A stretch of DNA of 64,000 nt from Dehalococcoidia bacterium (GCA_036013055.1 DASCQM010000003.1:71360-135359), one strand, 5' to 3'; shown: positions 1 through 8,520, counted from the first letter of the stretch. Numbers and translations: made by a program. Notes: generated by a model not told the origin, from the letters alone.

Positions 1-149
1 TCGCCTCGACTGCGTCCCAGCAGGTCGCAGAGCGCGTCGTTGACCAGAATGAAACTACCCTGATCGTCACGGACGAGGATCCCGGTCTGCAGCTTCTCGA
101 GTACGCCTCGGAGCGCGACGTCGACCGACGCCTCGTGGACTAGCGACAT
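1..149 (-). CDS. PAS-domain protein, N-terminal fragment (gene continues past the left edge)
   Basis: Not in the ORF track because it is too short in-window. Minus-strand ATG at 149-147 with GGGGGTG 4 nt upstream. Translation MSLVHEASVDVALRGVLEKLQTGILVRDDQGSFILVNDALCDLLGRSRG fits the PAS N-terminal pattern (L..L..GI.V.D..G.I...N.A...LLG). The competing plus-frame reading (ends TAG 141-143) is not protein-like. Confidence 0.45.
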   Translation of the reverse strand, partial: MSLVHEASVDVALRGVLEKLQTGILVRDDQGSFILVNDALCDLLGRSRG

Positions 150-442
150 CTAGCACCCCCGCAGCGCAGATTCGTGCATCGACTTCGACGCCAAGTATGC
201 GAGCGAGAAGGACAAGAGACCTTGCGAATGTCCTGACGATGTGCTGACTGGCCAGTCGCTACGCTACTGGCCTCCGAGTGGACGCGAAGGCATCGCCTCC
301 GGCACCGAGCACGCTGCGAAGGGCGAGCTCGACCAGGTGCCATCGGTCACCAGTACTCGACGCCATCGCTGCCGCCACGGAAGATCGTGCAAGCGCCAGA
401 ATAGCGGTGCTCCCATCCCCGTCGCGGCGGAGGAAATCCGTG

Positions 443-2575
443 ATGAGCCGTCTCACGTCGTCACCTGTAGGAGCGCCGAGTGTCTCAGTAGCGGCAATGG
501 CGGGCCTTGCCGTGATTCTTGTGCTGGCGATGGCCGCGACAGGCAGTGGCCGCGCGAGCGCAGAGGTGCCCGCCGCGGCGTTCAGTGGCTCCGTGCCGCA
601 GCGGGGCGGGGCTGCCCTGCTGGTAGCCGGCGAGAACGCGACCCCAGAGGCGTTGGTCTCCGCGCTCCAGTCTGGAGGATGCGATCCCATCGCTCTGGCC
701 GTCGGCGCGGGCGGAGAGTGGAAGATGTACGTCCCCGGAGCACCGCCGGTGGTGAACGCGGACTTCCCAGCGACGATCGAGCCGTCGAGCCCGTTCACCG
801 CGCGCTGCGAAGCAGTTGCTGAGTCTGCACTCGACATCGCAGGCGTCACGATCACGGTCGACGGATTCACCTTCACACTTGAGAACGGCCGCGACGAACA
901 GCCGATTGTCCCGGGGGCTGCGACCGTGGCGGTCGCGCAGCTCGCCGGATATAACGCGTACGGGGACCTCGACGGCGACGGGCTGACCGACGCCGCATTC
1001 ATCTTGATCAGCAGCCCGGGCGGCAGCGGTACGTTCTCCTACGTCTCGGCGCTCACCGCGGATGGGGTCGTGCTTGACCCGATCCTGCTGGGCGACCGAA
1101 TTAGCGTGAGAAGGATCGAGATCGTCGCGGGCGAGGTACGGATCGCGTATTTGACCCGCCGCGGAGACGAGCCCCTCGCAACTGCACCAACGGTGCCCAC
1201 CGACCGATCACTCGTGAGAGACGTGGGAGCACTCGTTCCTGTCGGATGCGCGACTCAGTCGGCCGGTGGGGCGAACTCATTGGTCTCCGTCACGTCCCCA
1301 GCGTCGGGAGCATTGTTCCCGAGCGGTTCGACGGTTGAGGGCTGCTCGCGCACGTTCGAATCGACGGTGAACTGGGAGCTGTACGACCGGGCCGGCGTCC
1401 GACTCGCGAGCGGGTTCGCGAGCGGGGGCGGCGTCGACGGTCGCGCACCATTCTCGATCTTCGTCAGCTACACGGTCGCTGACGAGCAAGTAGGGCGGCT
1501 TGAGCTGTTCGCGGTCGATGTCTCAGGCGGCGAAGGCTTCCCGCCGCCGCGCGACGTGGTGCCGGTCGTTCTGACTCCCGGACCCGACGTCGTGCAGCTC
1601 GCAGCGAGCTCGTGGCGAATGACCACGATTTCCGGTGCGGCCGTCCTCGCCGGGACAGAGGTCACTGCCGAGTTTCTAGCTGGCACCGTCTCGGGTTCCA
1701 GCGGGTGCAACAGCTACACGGGCAGCTACGAGGCGGCCGGCGGAATGCTGGTGTTCCCCTCACCGTTTGCGGCCACGAAGATGGCGTGCGAGCAGGCGGT
1801 CATGGACCAGGAGCAGGCTTTCCTCGCCGCGCTGACAGGGGCCACCAGCTTCTCCATCGACGGTGATGCGCTGACGATCCAGACTGCCGCCGGCGAAGTC
1901 GTGTTCACCGCGGTTACCCCGCTGACGCAGAGCGAATGGATGCTTACGTCCCTTGCAGGCGCGAATCCTGTCTCTGGAACGACGGTCACCGCGAACTTCG
2001 CTGCCGGTGCCGCCAACGGATCGTCCGGATGCAACAGCTACGCTAGCGGATACGAGGTGAACGGTAGCGTGCTCAACTTCCCGTCGCCGTTCGTGGTCAC
2101 GGCGATGGCCTGTGAGCAGGCGGTTATGGACCAGGAGCAAGCCTTCCTTACTGCCCTGGCCGGTGCCACTAGCTTCTCCATCAGCGGCGACGCACTGACG
2201 ATCCAGACCGCCACTGGCGAACTGATCTTCGGTGCGATTTCCCCGCTGACACAGAATGGGTGGACGCTTACCTCGCTGGTGGGTACGAGCCTCGTCTCCG
2301 GGACGACGGTCACCGCGAACTTCGCTGCAGGCGCTGTCACCGGATCGTCCGGATGCAATAGCTACGCCAGCGGATACGAGGTGTCGGGCAGCACTCTGGA
2401 CTTCCCGTCGCCGTTTGCCGTCACGGCAATGGCCTGCGTACAGGCGGTCATGGACCAGGAACAGACCTACCTCTCCGCGCTGGCAGGAGCCACCACCGTC
2501 GTCGTCGACGGCGGAACGCTGACGATCGAGGGCGCGACCGGCGAGCTGGTGTTCGTAAAGGATGACGGCTCCTGA
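443..2575 (+). CDS. exported multidomain protein: hydrophobic leader, Gmad2-like Ig domain, three tandem META (HslJ-like) domains
   Basis: ORF-track 278..2575. I prefer ATG 443 (or adjacent in-frame GTG 440), with GGAGG at 429-433. This start gives MSRLTSS..AGLAVILVLAMAATGSG. FESTVNWELYDRAGVRLASGF..PFSIFVSY resembles a Gmad2 Ig-like domain. Three repeats carry the META signature GSSGCNSY.G.Y......L.F.SPF..T.MAC.QAVMDQEQ..L.AL. Confidence 0.8.
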   Translation: MSRLTSSPVGAPSVSVAAMAGLAVILVLAMAATGSGRASAEVPAAAFSGSVPQRGGAALLVAGENATPEALVSALQSGGCDPIALAVGAGGEWKMYVPGAPPVVNADFPATIEPSSPFTARCEAVAESALDIAGVTITVDGFTFTLENGRDEQPIVPGAATVAVAQLAGYNAYGDLDGDGLTDAAFILISSPGGSGTFSYVSALTADGVVLDPILLGDRISVRRIEIVAGEVRIAYLTRRGDEPLATAPTVPTDRSLVRDVGALVPVGCATQSAGGANSLVSVTSPASGALFPSGSTVEGCSRTFESTVNWELYDRAGVRLASGFASGGGVDGRAPFSIFVSYTVADEQVGRLELFAVDVSGGEGFPPPRDVVPVVLTPGPDVVQLAASSWRMTTISGAAVLAGTEVTAEFLAGTVSGSSGCNSYTGSYEAAGGMLVFPSPFAATKMACEQAVMDQEQAFLAALTGATSFSIDGDALTIQTAAGEVVFTAVTPLTQSEWMLTSLAGANPVSGTTVTANFAAGAANGSSGCNSYASGYEVNGSVLNFPSPFVVTAMACEQAVMDQEQAFLTALAGATSFSISGDALTIQTATGELIFGAISPLTQNGWTLTSLVGTSLVSGTTVTANFAAGAVTGSSGCNSYASGYEVSGSTLDFPSPFAVTAMACVQAVMDQEQTYLSALAGATTVVVDGGTLTIEGATGELVFVKDDGS
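1613..2575 (+). repeat. three tandem ~324-bp coding repeats (one META domain each)
   Basis: Repeat units start at the TGG codons 1613, 1937 and 2261 (W-x-[TL]-T-S/I). Units 2 and 3 are near-identical over long nucleotide stretches (e.g. acggtcaccgcgaacttcgctgc...ggatcgtccggatgcaa.agctacgc.agcggatacgaggtg). Confidence 0.85.
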
Positions 2576-2984
2576 GCGCAGTCGACGCACCCTGCCGCTG
2601 CCGCTCCAGCTCGTCATAGAACTTCGCCAACACAGGACGCGGCAACGAGAAGAACGACCGCAGGCTGGGCCTGCGTGGGAGTCCGATGTCTGGGGCGGGC
2701 TCGTCTTCGCAAGTGAGCGCGGTGGCCCGCTGCATGGCACGTCAGTCAGCAAGAGGTTCCGCTCACTCCTGTCAGCAGCCGGTATCCCGACTATGCGATA
2801 CCATCACCTGCGGCACGGCGCAGCTTCGCTTATGGCCGCCCAAGGCGTTCCGCCTCGTGTCGCGATGGAGGTACTCGGACACGCTCAAATCAGCACGACG
2901 ATGAACGTCTATAGCCACGTGACGGACGAGTCACAGCGCGACGCGATAGATCGACTGAGCAGTGCAATTTGGGACGCCTCGTGA
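2562..2984 (+). pseudogene. tyrosine recombinase (phage-type integrase) C-terminal remnant
   Basis: The 140-aa ORF holds only the distal catalytic part (YHHLRHGAASL...LGHAQISTTMNVYSHV with the catalytic Tyr). The N-terminal SAM-like domain and the box I Arg region are missing. The ORF overlaps the end of the META gene and lies 92 nt upstream of tRNA-Thr. Confidence 0.7.
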
Positions 2985-2988
2985 CCGC

Positions 2989-3012
2989 GTTGCTGTCAAA
3001 GTTGCTGTCAAA
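2989..3012 (+). repeat. perfect 12-bp tandem direct repeat GTTGCTGTCAAA x2
   Basis: Read directly at 2989-3000 and 3001-3012, between the integrase remnant stop (2982-2984) and tRNA-Thr. Confidence 0.9.
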
Positions 3013-3076
3013 GGCACTTCTGACCGCCGGCGAGGTGATGAAGGTACCGTCGATTCGAGTCTAAAATCGCTGCGAC

Positions 3077-3151
3077 GCCGGTGTAGCTCAGAGGTAGAGC
3101 AGCTGTTTCGTAAACAGCAGGTCGAGGGTTCGAATCCCCCCGCCGGCTCCA
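3077..3151 (+). tRNA. tRNA-Thr (anticodon CGT), CCA encoded
   Basis: Manual cloverleaf:
- acceptor GCCGGTG / CGCCGGC (one G-U pair)
- D arm GCTC-AGAGGTA-GAGC
- anticodon stem GCTGT / ACAGC, loop TTCGTAA (anticodon CGT at 3109-3111)
- variable loop AGGTC
- T arm GAGGG-TTCGAAT-CCCCC (one A-C mismatch)
- discriminator T, then CCA. Confidence 0.9.
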
Positions 3152-3264
3152 TTCAGTCCACTTGTCAGACAGTCGACCATCCAGGCAGACCGTCCGCTCA
3201 CTGACCATCCGCAGCGAGGCCACCCACGAGGCGGCCCACGATCGAGACAGGGCACCTTCCGCCA

Positions 3265-3999
3265 ATGAGCAAGCTCCGCGAACGCCTCCGCAACACGTCC
3301 AGTCGCCAGCGCGGCAGCATGGGCTTCGCACCCAGCAGCTCCGCGGTCGACAACAGTCACGTGCTCGTGATCGCCGAGGTCGCCGACGTCGCAGCCGCAT
3401 CAGCCGCGATCGAAGCCGGCGCGGGCGCGCTGCTCTTCACCGGCGACGCCGCCTCAGCTGGCGCGATCGTCGAGGCCGCGGGTGAGACGCCCGTCGGCAT
3501 CCGCCTCGAAGGCGCGACCGCCGACGAGACGAAGGCGGTTGCCGAGGCGAAGGGCGACTTCCTGCTGTTCGACGACGGAGCGACCGCCGCGGACGCGCTG
3601 CTCGAGCGCAGCCTCGGCAGGGTATTGACGCTCGAAGATGACGCGGACGAAAAGCGGCTACGGATGATCGCGCCGTTGCGACTGGATGCGATTCTGCTCG
3701 GCGCGCACAACACCACGATGACGGTCCGCGAGCAACTCGCGATGCGTCGCATCGTCGAACTGACGCGCTCACCGCTCGTGATCGCGGTGGCAAGCGCCGT
3801 CTCCGCCACAACGCTCGAGGTCTGGCGCGATGCCGGCGCGCCTGCTGTCCTCGCCACGGACGCGGCGGCGCTCTCAGACGTCGTCGCTGCCGCCCGCGAA
3901 GTTGCCGCGCCGCACCAGCGCGAAGACGACGAGCGGCGTGACCCGCTGCTCCCATCGCTGACTGCGGGCCACGATCACGACGACGACGATCTCGACTAG
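3265..3999 (+). CDS. hypothetical protein (Ala/Asp-rich, acidic C-terminus)
   Basis: 244-aa ORF with high third-position GC. Competing antisense ORFs are Arg/Pro-rich shadows. No motif I can name. Confidence 0.55.
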   Translation: MSKLRERLRNTSSRQRGSMGFAPSSSAVDNSHVLVIAEVADVAAASAAIEAGAGALLFTGDAASAGAIVEAAGETPVGIRLEGATADETKAVAEAKGDFLLFDDGATAADALLERSLGRVLTLEDDADEKRLRMIAPLRLDAILLGAHNTTMTVREQLAMRRIVELTRSPLVIAVASAVSATTLEVWRDAGAPAVLATDAAALSDVVAAAREVAAPHQREDDERRDPLLPSLTAGHDHDDDDLD

Positions 4000-4034
4000 A
4001 CAAACCGAAATCTGACGAATTTGCAGGCTCGTTG

Positions 4035-4064
4035 CTTGACGGTTCGAGTCGCTGATTCCTACGA
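4035..4064 (+). promoter_or_regulatory. candidate sigma-70-type promoter TTGACG-18 nt-TACGAT for the MerR gene (leaderless transcript predicted)
   Basis: TTGACG at 4035-4040, 18-nt spacer, TACGAT at 4059-4064. The ATG at 4072 lies 7 nt after the -10 and has no SD. Confidence 0.35.
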
Positions 4065-4071
4065 TCGCGTC

Positions 4072-4587
4072 ATGACGCGAGAGGCGACACCCCCCACAAC
4101 CGTCGACGTCGACGACGCCGCCGCCGACCGCGATACGGCCCGCTACCAGATTGGCGAGGTTGCGGAGCGCACTGGCGTCACCCAGCGCACGCTCCGATTC
4201 TACGAAGAGAAGAAGCTACTCAGCCCGGCCGAGCGGATGGAGGGCGGCTTCCGTCTCTACTCCGATCAGGACATCGAGCACATTGAGCTGATCAAGCGGC
4301 TTCAGAACCTGCTCAACCTCTCGCTTGCCGAGATCAAGGAGATGGTCGACGCCGAGGCGCTGCTCAAGCAGATGCGCTCAACGTTCCGCCCCGACCGCGA
4401 CCTGCCCGAACGCAAGCAGCGCACGACGCAGATCAAGACCGCGCTCCAACTCCAGAGCGAGATCGTGGATCGCAAGATGGAGCAACTCCAGGAGATGCGC
4501 GATGAGCTGCGGGAACGCCTCGACGTGGTCGCACGTCGCGTTGGCGAGATCGACGAAGCGCTGAAGAACGAGGCCAGCGCCGACTAG
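4072..4587 (+). CDS. MerR-family transcriptional regulator
   Basis: N-terminal HTH YQIGEVAERTGVTQRTLRFYEEKKLLSP..R...G.RLYSDQDIEHIELIKRLQ, then a long coiled-coil. The start was moved from the track TTG 4021 to ATG 4072. Confidence 0.85.
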   Translation: MTREATPPTTVDVDDAAADRDTARYQIGEVAERTGVTQRTLRFYEEKKLLSPAERMEGGFRLYSDQDIEHIELIKRLQNLLNLSLAEIKEMVDAEALLKQMRSTFRPDRDLPERKQRTTQIKTALQLQSEIVDRKMEQLQEMRDELRERLDVVARRVGEIDEALKNEASAD

Positions 4588-4613
4588 CTTCGCTCACCTC
4601 CCACAGAACAAGA

Positions 4614-4637
4614 AACGGCGGCCCAAAGGCCGCCGTT
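4614..4637. terminator. bidirectional intrinsic terminator hairpin between the convergent MerR and peroxiredoxin genes
   Basis: AACGGCGGCC-CAAA-GGCCGCCGTT forms a 10-bp perfect stem. On the minus strand it is followed by TTCTTGTTCTGTGG, and on the plus strand by CTGATTATC. Confidence 0.6.
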
Positions 4638-4662
4638 CTGATTATCTCCGACTCACAGCCGT

Positions 4663-5121
4663 CTACTTGCCAGCCAGCTCCTTCACCGCCACCAGCGCAC
4701 CGTCCGGATGCGCCTGCATGTCGCGCGGATCATCGACGATCGCACGAACGACACCGTCCGCATCGAAGATGTACGTCGTGCGCACCGCGAGCGGTTGCCC
4801 CTCTCGGCGCACATCGAAAGCATCGATCGTCTCGTACTTCGGCCAGTCGGAGAGCAGCGGGAAGGCGATGTCGTGCTTCTCGGCGAATCCGCCGTTTGCT
4901 GCGTGTGTATCTGCGCTGACACCCACCACGTGGGCGCCCAGTGCTTCCAGCTCCTCGTGGATCGCCTGGAAGCCGTTCATTTCATTCGTTCAGCCGCCGG
5001 TGAACGCCATCGGATAGAACGCCATGATGGCGATCGACCCGTCAAACATCTCCTGCGTCACCTCTTCACGCTGCGTGTTTCGCAACGTGAAATCGGGCAT
5101 CTTTGCGCCGATCTCTAGCAT
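4663..5121 (-). CDS. AhpE-like 1-Cys peroxiredoxin with in-frame TGA (4990..4992) at the peroxidatic Cys position; probable selenocysteine
   Basis: The track ORF 4663..4980 extends in frame to ATG 5121 (GGGGAGGGG about 9 nt upstream). Translation: MLEIGAKMPDFTLRNTQREEVTQEMFDGSIAIMAFYPMAFTGG[TGA]TNEMNGFQAIHEELEALGAHVVGVS... The total is 152 codons plus stop, with a single internal TGA at the Prx active-site Cys column. A hairpin follows 16 nt downstream. Confidence 0.75.
4943..4973 (-). promoter_or_regulatory. SECIS-like recoding hairpin
   Basis: On the mRNA: UGA, 16 nt, then GCUUCCAG-(GCGAUCCACGAGGAG)-CUGGAAGC. This is a perfect 8-bp stem, and the loop can form a further UCC/GGA mini-stem. 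Confidence 0.55.
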
Positions 5122-5186
5122 CCGGGAACCCCTCCCCTTCGGATCTCTGTTGCTGGACTCTGTCTTGCAAACCCCGTCCTACGAAC

Positions 5187-5444
5187 TCAGTCGTGCGACT
5201 CGCCGTGGTCGTCAGCATCGGGCTTCTGGAAGTCCCAATTCAGGCCGCGCTCATGCCGGTAGAGGTACGCGATCGAGCTGAGAAGGAGCAACGCCCCTGC
5301 GCCGAGCGCAGCGTAGAACGCCACCGACCAGAATTCACCAGCAGCCTCCAGTGAGCGATCATGCTCCTGGGCGATCGCCAGTGCGGGTACCAGCGCGTAC
5401 GCGCTCCCCGCCACCATCGCCGTCAGTCGTGTCAGACGCTTCAC
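5187..5444 (-). CDS. small exported/membrane protein (signal peptide plus C-terminal TM helix)
   Basis: Lies inside track ORF 5187..5504. GTG 5444 is preceded by GAAGGAGGAG with a 7-nt spacer. Translation (V)KRLTRLTAMVAGSAYALVPALAIA-QEH... has a Sec-type leader, then FWSVAFYAALGAGALLLLSSIAYLY as a TM helix. It sits 65 nt upstream of the peroxiredoxin on the same strand. Confidence 0.6.
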   Translation of the reverse strand: MKRLTRLTAMVAGSAYALVPALAIAQEHDRSLEAAGEFWSVAFYAALGAGALLLLSSIAYLYRHERGLNWDFQKPDADDHGESHD

Positions 5445-5544
5445 CGCTGCTCTCCTCCTTCGAATCAGAATTGCAGACCGCAGTGTACCCCCGCACCGAT
5501 CCATGCGGCACCCGAGCGATCGATGGAGGCGCTACCCTGCCCGC

Positions 5545-7773
5545 ATGCGGGGGTTCGCTCGGGGTCTCACCCTCCAGCTGGCGCTGCTGCTCGCGCTGCT
5601 GGCAACCGCGCTGCTGCATACCTCCGCGACCCGAGCCACCGCCCAGCAGCCGGATGCCGCCGCACTACTGCGCGATGCCCGCGCCACGCTCGACGTCGGG
5701 CGCAACGACGAGGCCGCCTCGCTCTTCCTCGACCTGCTCACGACTACCGAGCCGCAGTTTCGAGCCGAGGCGTGGAGTGGACTGATCCGCTCGCGCGCGG
5801 CGAGTCGCCGCAACGGCGAGGCGGCAACGCTCGCGACCGCGCTACTCCGCCACCGCGCTCCGACCCTCGCCGGCGACGCCGAACGCGCCTCCTACCTGCT
5901 CGGTCGCTCCTCCTTCGACGCCGGCGACTTCGACACGGCCGCGCTCGCTCTCCGTCGCGTCGAGGCTGGCGGCGGGGCGCTCCCGACCGTCGCGCGGCTG
6001 CGGCTCGCTCAGGCTCTCGCCGCACCCGTCGACGGCCACCGCCGCGACGTCGAGGCGGTGGCGGCGTTCCGCGCGGCGGCTGCCGATGCCGCGACGCCGG
6101 ACGACCTGCGGCTCGTCGCGCTACACGAGAGCGTCAGTGCCCTGCTTCGCCTCACACGCAGCGATGAAGCGCTCGCGGCGCTCGCCGATATCGCGCGGGA
6201 CCCCGCAGCGAGCGCGGCAGAGATAGCGTCTGCTCGCTGGCTGGCCGCCACGTCCCGTCGTGAGGCGGGCGACGCGAGCTGGCAGGACGACGCTGCGGCT
6301 GTCCTCGCGACCTCGCCGGGTGCGCCTGAAGCCCTGCCCGCGCTCGAAGCCCTGATCGAGGCCGAAAGCCCGCCGCCACTGCTCGAGTCCGGGTACGTCT
6401 ACTACCGCTCACGCGAGAACGACCGCGCCCGCGCCGAGTACCTTGCAGCCCTCGATGCCGGCCTCGCAGCCAGCTCGCAGGCCTCCGCGTGGTTCTTCCT
6501 CGCAGCACTTGCCGAACGCGACGGGGACGAGGCTCTGGCAATCGACTACTACACGCGCTCGCTTGAGGCACACATCAGCTTCTCGGCGAGCGGCCTGACC
6601 GACGACGCGCTGTGGTGGCGCGGCCTGCTCTACGAAGCTGTCGGCCGCTACGGAGATGCCTCCGACGACTATCGTCGACTGGCGGTCGACTTCCCCGTCT
6701 CGACCTTTGCCGTCCGCGCCTCGCTCCGCGATCCGTTCGTCCTCGCGCGTGGCGGCAACATCGATGCCGCGACCGCGCGCCTGCGACGTCTCACCGAGAG
6801 CGCACCCTCCCCGACCGCCGACCGCGCTGCCGTCTGGCTCGCGGAGCTCGCCGGCGAACCGCTCGCTCTTGCCGGTCTCGACCCGCGATCGATCGACGTG
6901 CTGCTCGCTGGCAGCGATGACGCAACGAACCTACTCCCGGCGCGCGCGATCGACGAGTGGGGCGTCGAACCCTCCGACGAGCAAGCGGTCCGGCTCTGGG
7001 TCGCCGAGACGCTCGGCATCCGCGCCGCCGGTACGCCCCTCATCAGCGATGACCCGCGCCTCGCCGTCGCGCTGGCACTCGTCGACGTCGGCGAGCGCGA
7101 CCTCGCGCGATCGACCCTGCTCGCGCTGCGACGCGACATCCTGCACGACCCACACTCGCTGATCGATCTCGCGCTGGTGGCGGTGGAGGCCGGGCTGACC
7201 GACATCGCCTCGCTCGCCGCGATCAGCGTGCTCGCGCGCATGGAGCCGGAGCAGCGGCTGGCGACACCGCTGGCCGTCGAGCGGCTCACCTACCCGCTTG
7301 CCTACGGAGACGTCACGCGCGAGATCGCGACGAACGAAGGCGTCCCGCCGCTGCTATTGCTGGCGCTCGTGCGTCAGGAATCGGCGTACAACCCGCTCGC
7401 GGTCTCATTCGCCGACGCTCGCGGGCTGACGCAGGTGATCCCGCCGACCGGTGCGCTAATCGCGTCTTCGCTCGGTGTGCCATGGGAGCTCGCAAGCCTC
7501 TTCAATGCGGAGACCTCGCTGCGCTTCGGAGCGACTTACCTCGGCGACCAGCTCGAGCGTTTCGACGGCAATATCTTCGCCGCGCTCGCCGCCTACAACG
7601 GCGGGCCGGTCAACGCCGAACGCTGGCTCGACGACCAGTGGTGGCCGGGTGCAGCGGGCTACATCGCGGCCATCGACTTCACCGAGACACGCGGATACGT
7701 CGAGTCGGTGATCGAGCAGTACGCGTGGTACCGCTACCTTTACGCCGGTGCGCCGGCGCCATCGATCCGCTAG
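5545..7773 (+). CDS. lytic transglycosylase (SLT domain) with long TPR-like N-terminal region
   Basis: C-terminal SLT motifs: [42 protein letters not shown] 5545 gives the [24 protein letters not shown] leader. The track start at 5503 is also possible. Confidence 0.85.
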   Translation: MRGFARGLTLQLALLLALLATALLHTSATRATAQQPDAAALLRDARATLDVGRNDEAASLFLDLLTTTEPQFRAEAWSGLIRSRAASRRNGEAATLATALLRHRAPTLAGDAERASYLLGRSSFDAGDFDTAALALRRVEAGGGALPTVARLRLAQALAAPVDGHRRDVEAVAAFRAAAADAATPDDLRLVALHESVSALLRLTRSDEALAALADIARDPAASAAEIASARWLAATSRREAGDASWQDDAAAVLATSPGAPEALPALEALIEAESPPPLLESGYVYYRSRENDRARAEYLAALDAGLAASSQASAWFFLAALAERDGDEALAIDYYTRSLEAHISFSASGLTDDALWWRGLLYEAVGRYGDASDDYRRLAVDFPVSTFAVRASLRDPFVLARGGNIDAATARLRRLTESAPSPTADRAAVWLAELAGEPLALAGLDPRSIDVLLAGSDDATNLLPARAIDEWGVEPSDEQAVRLWVAETLGIRAAGTPLISDDPRLAVALALVDVGERDLARSTLLALRRDILHDPHSLIDLALVAVEAGLTDIASLAAISVLARMEPEQRLATPLAVERLTYPLAYGDVTREIATNEGVPPLLLLALVRQESAYNPLAVSFADARGLTQVIPPTGALIASSLGVPWELASLFNAETSLRFGATYLGDQLERFDGNIFAALAAYNGGPVNAERWLDDQWWPGAAGYIAAIDFTETRGYVESVIEQYAWYRYLYAGAPAPSIR

Positions 7774-7861
7774 CGAACGTCCTCGGCCGCAACACGCCGC
7801 TTCGTGCTGCGACGCTCCCCGTCCCGCTGCCGTGCCACCGGCTGTCACCGCAGCCCCCCGA

Positions 7862-7891
7862 TTGCTCCTGCGCGCCGGCGCTCCGTATACT
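7862..7891 (+). promoter_or_regulatory. candidate rpmH promoter TTGCTC-18 nt-TATACT
   Basis: TTGCTC at 7862-7867 and TATACT at 7886-7891. The SD GAAGGAA lies at 7904-7910. Confidence 0.45.
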
Positions 7892-7916
7892 CGATCGGCA
7901 ATCGAAGGAACCTCAG

Positions 7917-8054
7917 GTGCCTAAACGAACCTGGCAGCCCAAGCGTGTCCCGCGAAAGCGGAAGCACGGCTTCCGCGCGCGCATGTCGACGCGCAATGGT
8001 CGCCACGTCATTCAGCGCCGCCGTCAGCGCGGCCGCCGCGTCCTGTCCGTCTAG
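7917..8054 (+). CDS. rpmH: 50S ribosomal protein L34
   Basis: A GTG start gives (M)[44 protein letters not shown], the canonical L34 sequence. It is hidden inside the longer spurious ORF 7482..8054. Confidence 0.95.
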   Translation: MPKRTWQPKRVPRKRKHGFRARMSTRNGRHVIQRRRQRGRRVLSV

Positions 8055-8120
8055 CCACACCCACCGCCCCACCACCAACCGGAGGCCCCAAGTGAGCGTG
8101 ACTGCGGGAGACGCAGCGCC

Positions 8121-8474
8121 ATGATGGCCGTCGTACGTAGCGCCAATCCGCGCCTCAGCCGCCGCTCAGACTTCACGACGGTGATGCGTCACGGTCGACG
8201 TTCTCGCAGCCGTCTGCTTCGCCTTGCCGCGCATGAGAACGGTCTCCACCGCAATCGTTATGGCTTCGCCATCAGCCGTCGCGTCGGCAACGCGGTCGTA
8301 CGCAACAAGGCCCGACGTCGGCTACGCGCGATCATTCGCCAGACTGCGCTCACGCCGGGCAACGACATCGTGATCACGGCCGATCCGCTTGTGGAAAATG
8401 CAAGCTATCAAGAGCTCACGGCTGCATTCGAGACTATTGCTCGCAAGCTGTCGCTGATTGATGGCTCTCAATGA
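8121..8474 (+). CDS. rnpA: ribonuclease P protein component
   Basis: Follows rpmH. Basic 117-aa protein with the RNR-type motif (NAVVRNKARRRLRAI). Confidence 0.9.
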   Translation: MMAVVRSANPRLSRRSDFTTVMRHGRRSRSRLLRLAAHENGLHRNRYGFAISRRVGNAVVRNKARRRLRAIIRQTALTPGNDIVITADPLVENASYQELTAAFETIARKLSLIDGSQ

Positions 8475-8520
8475 GCGTTGTTACTACTAACCACCTGTCA
8501 CTGGCTGTAGAAGACGTTCG

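Noticed and set aside
3-143. Plus-strand reading of the left edge as the 3' end of a gene (ASTASQQVAERVVDQNETTLIVTDEDPGLQLLEYASERDVDRRLVD*).
   Set aside because: The minus-strand frame gives a PAS-like N-terminus with an ATG and an SD-like purine run, so the plus frame is judged to be its shadow.
5074-5096. GTTTCGCAACGTGAAATC, a parS-like or inverted-repeat-like sequence.
   Set aside because: It is a poor match to parS (the central CACGTG is missing) and lies inside the peroxiredoxin coding sequence.
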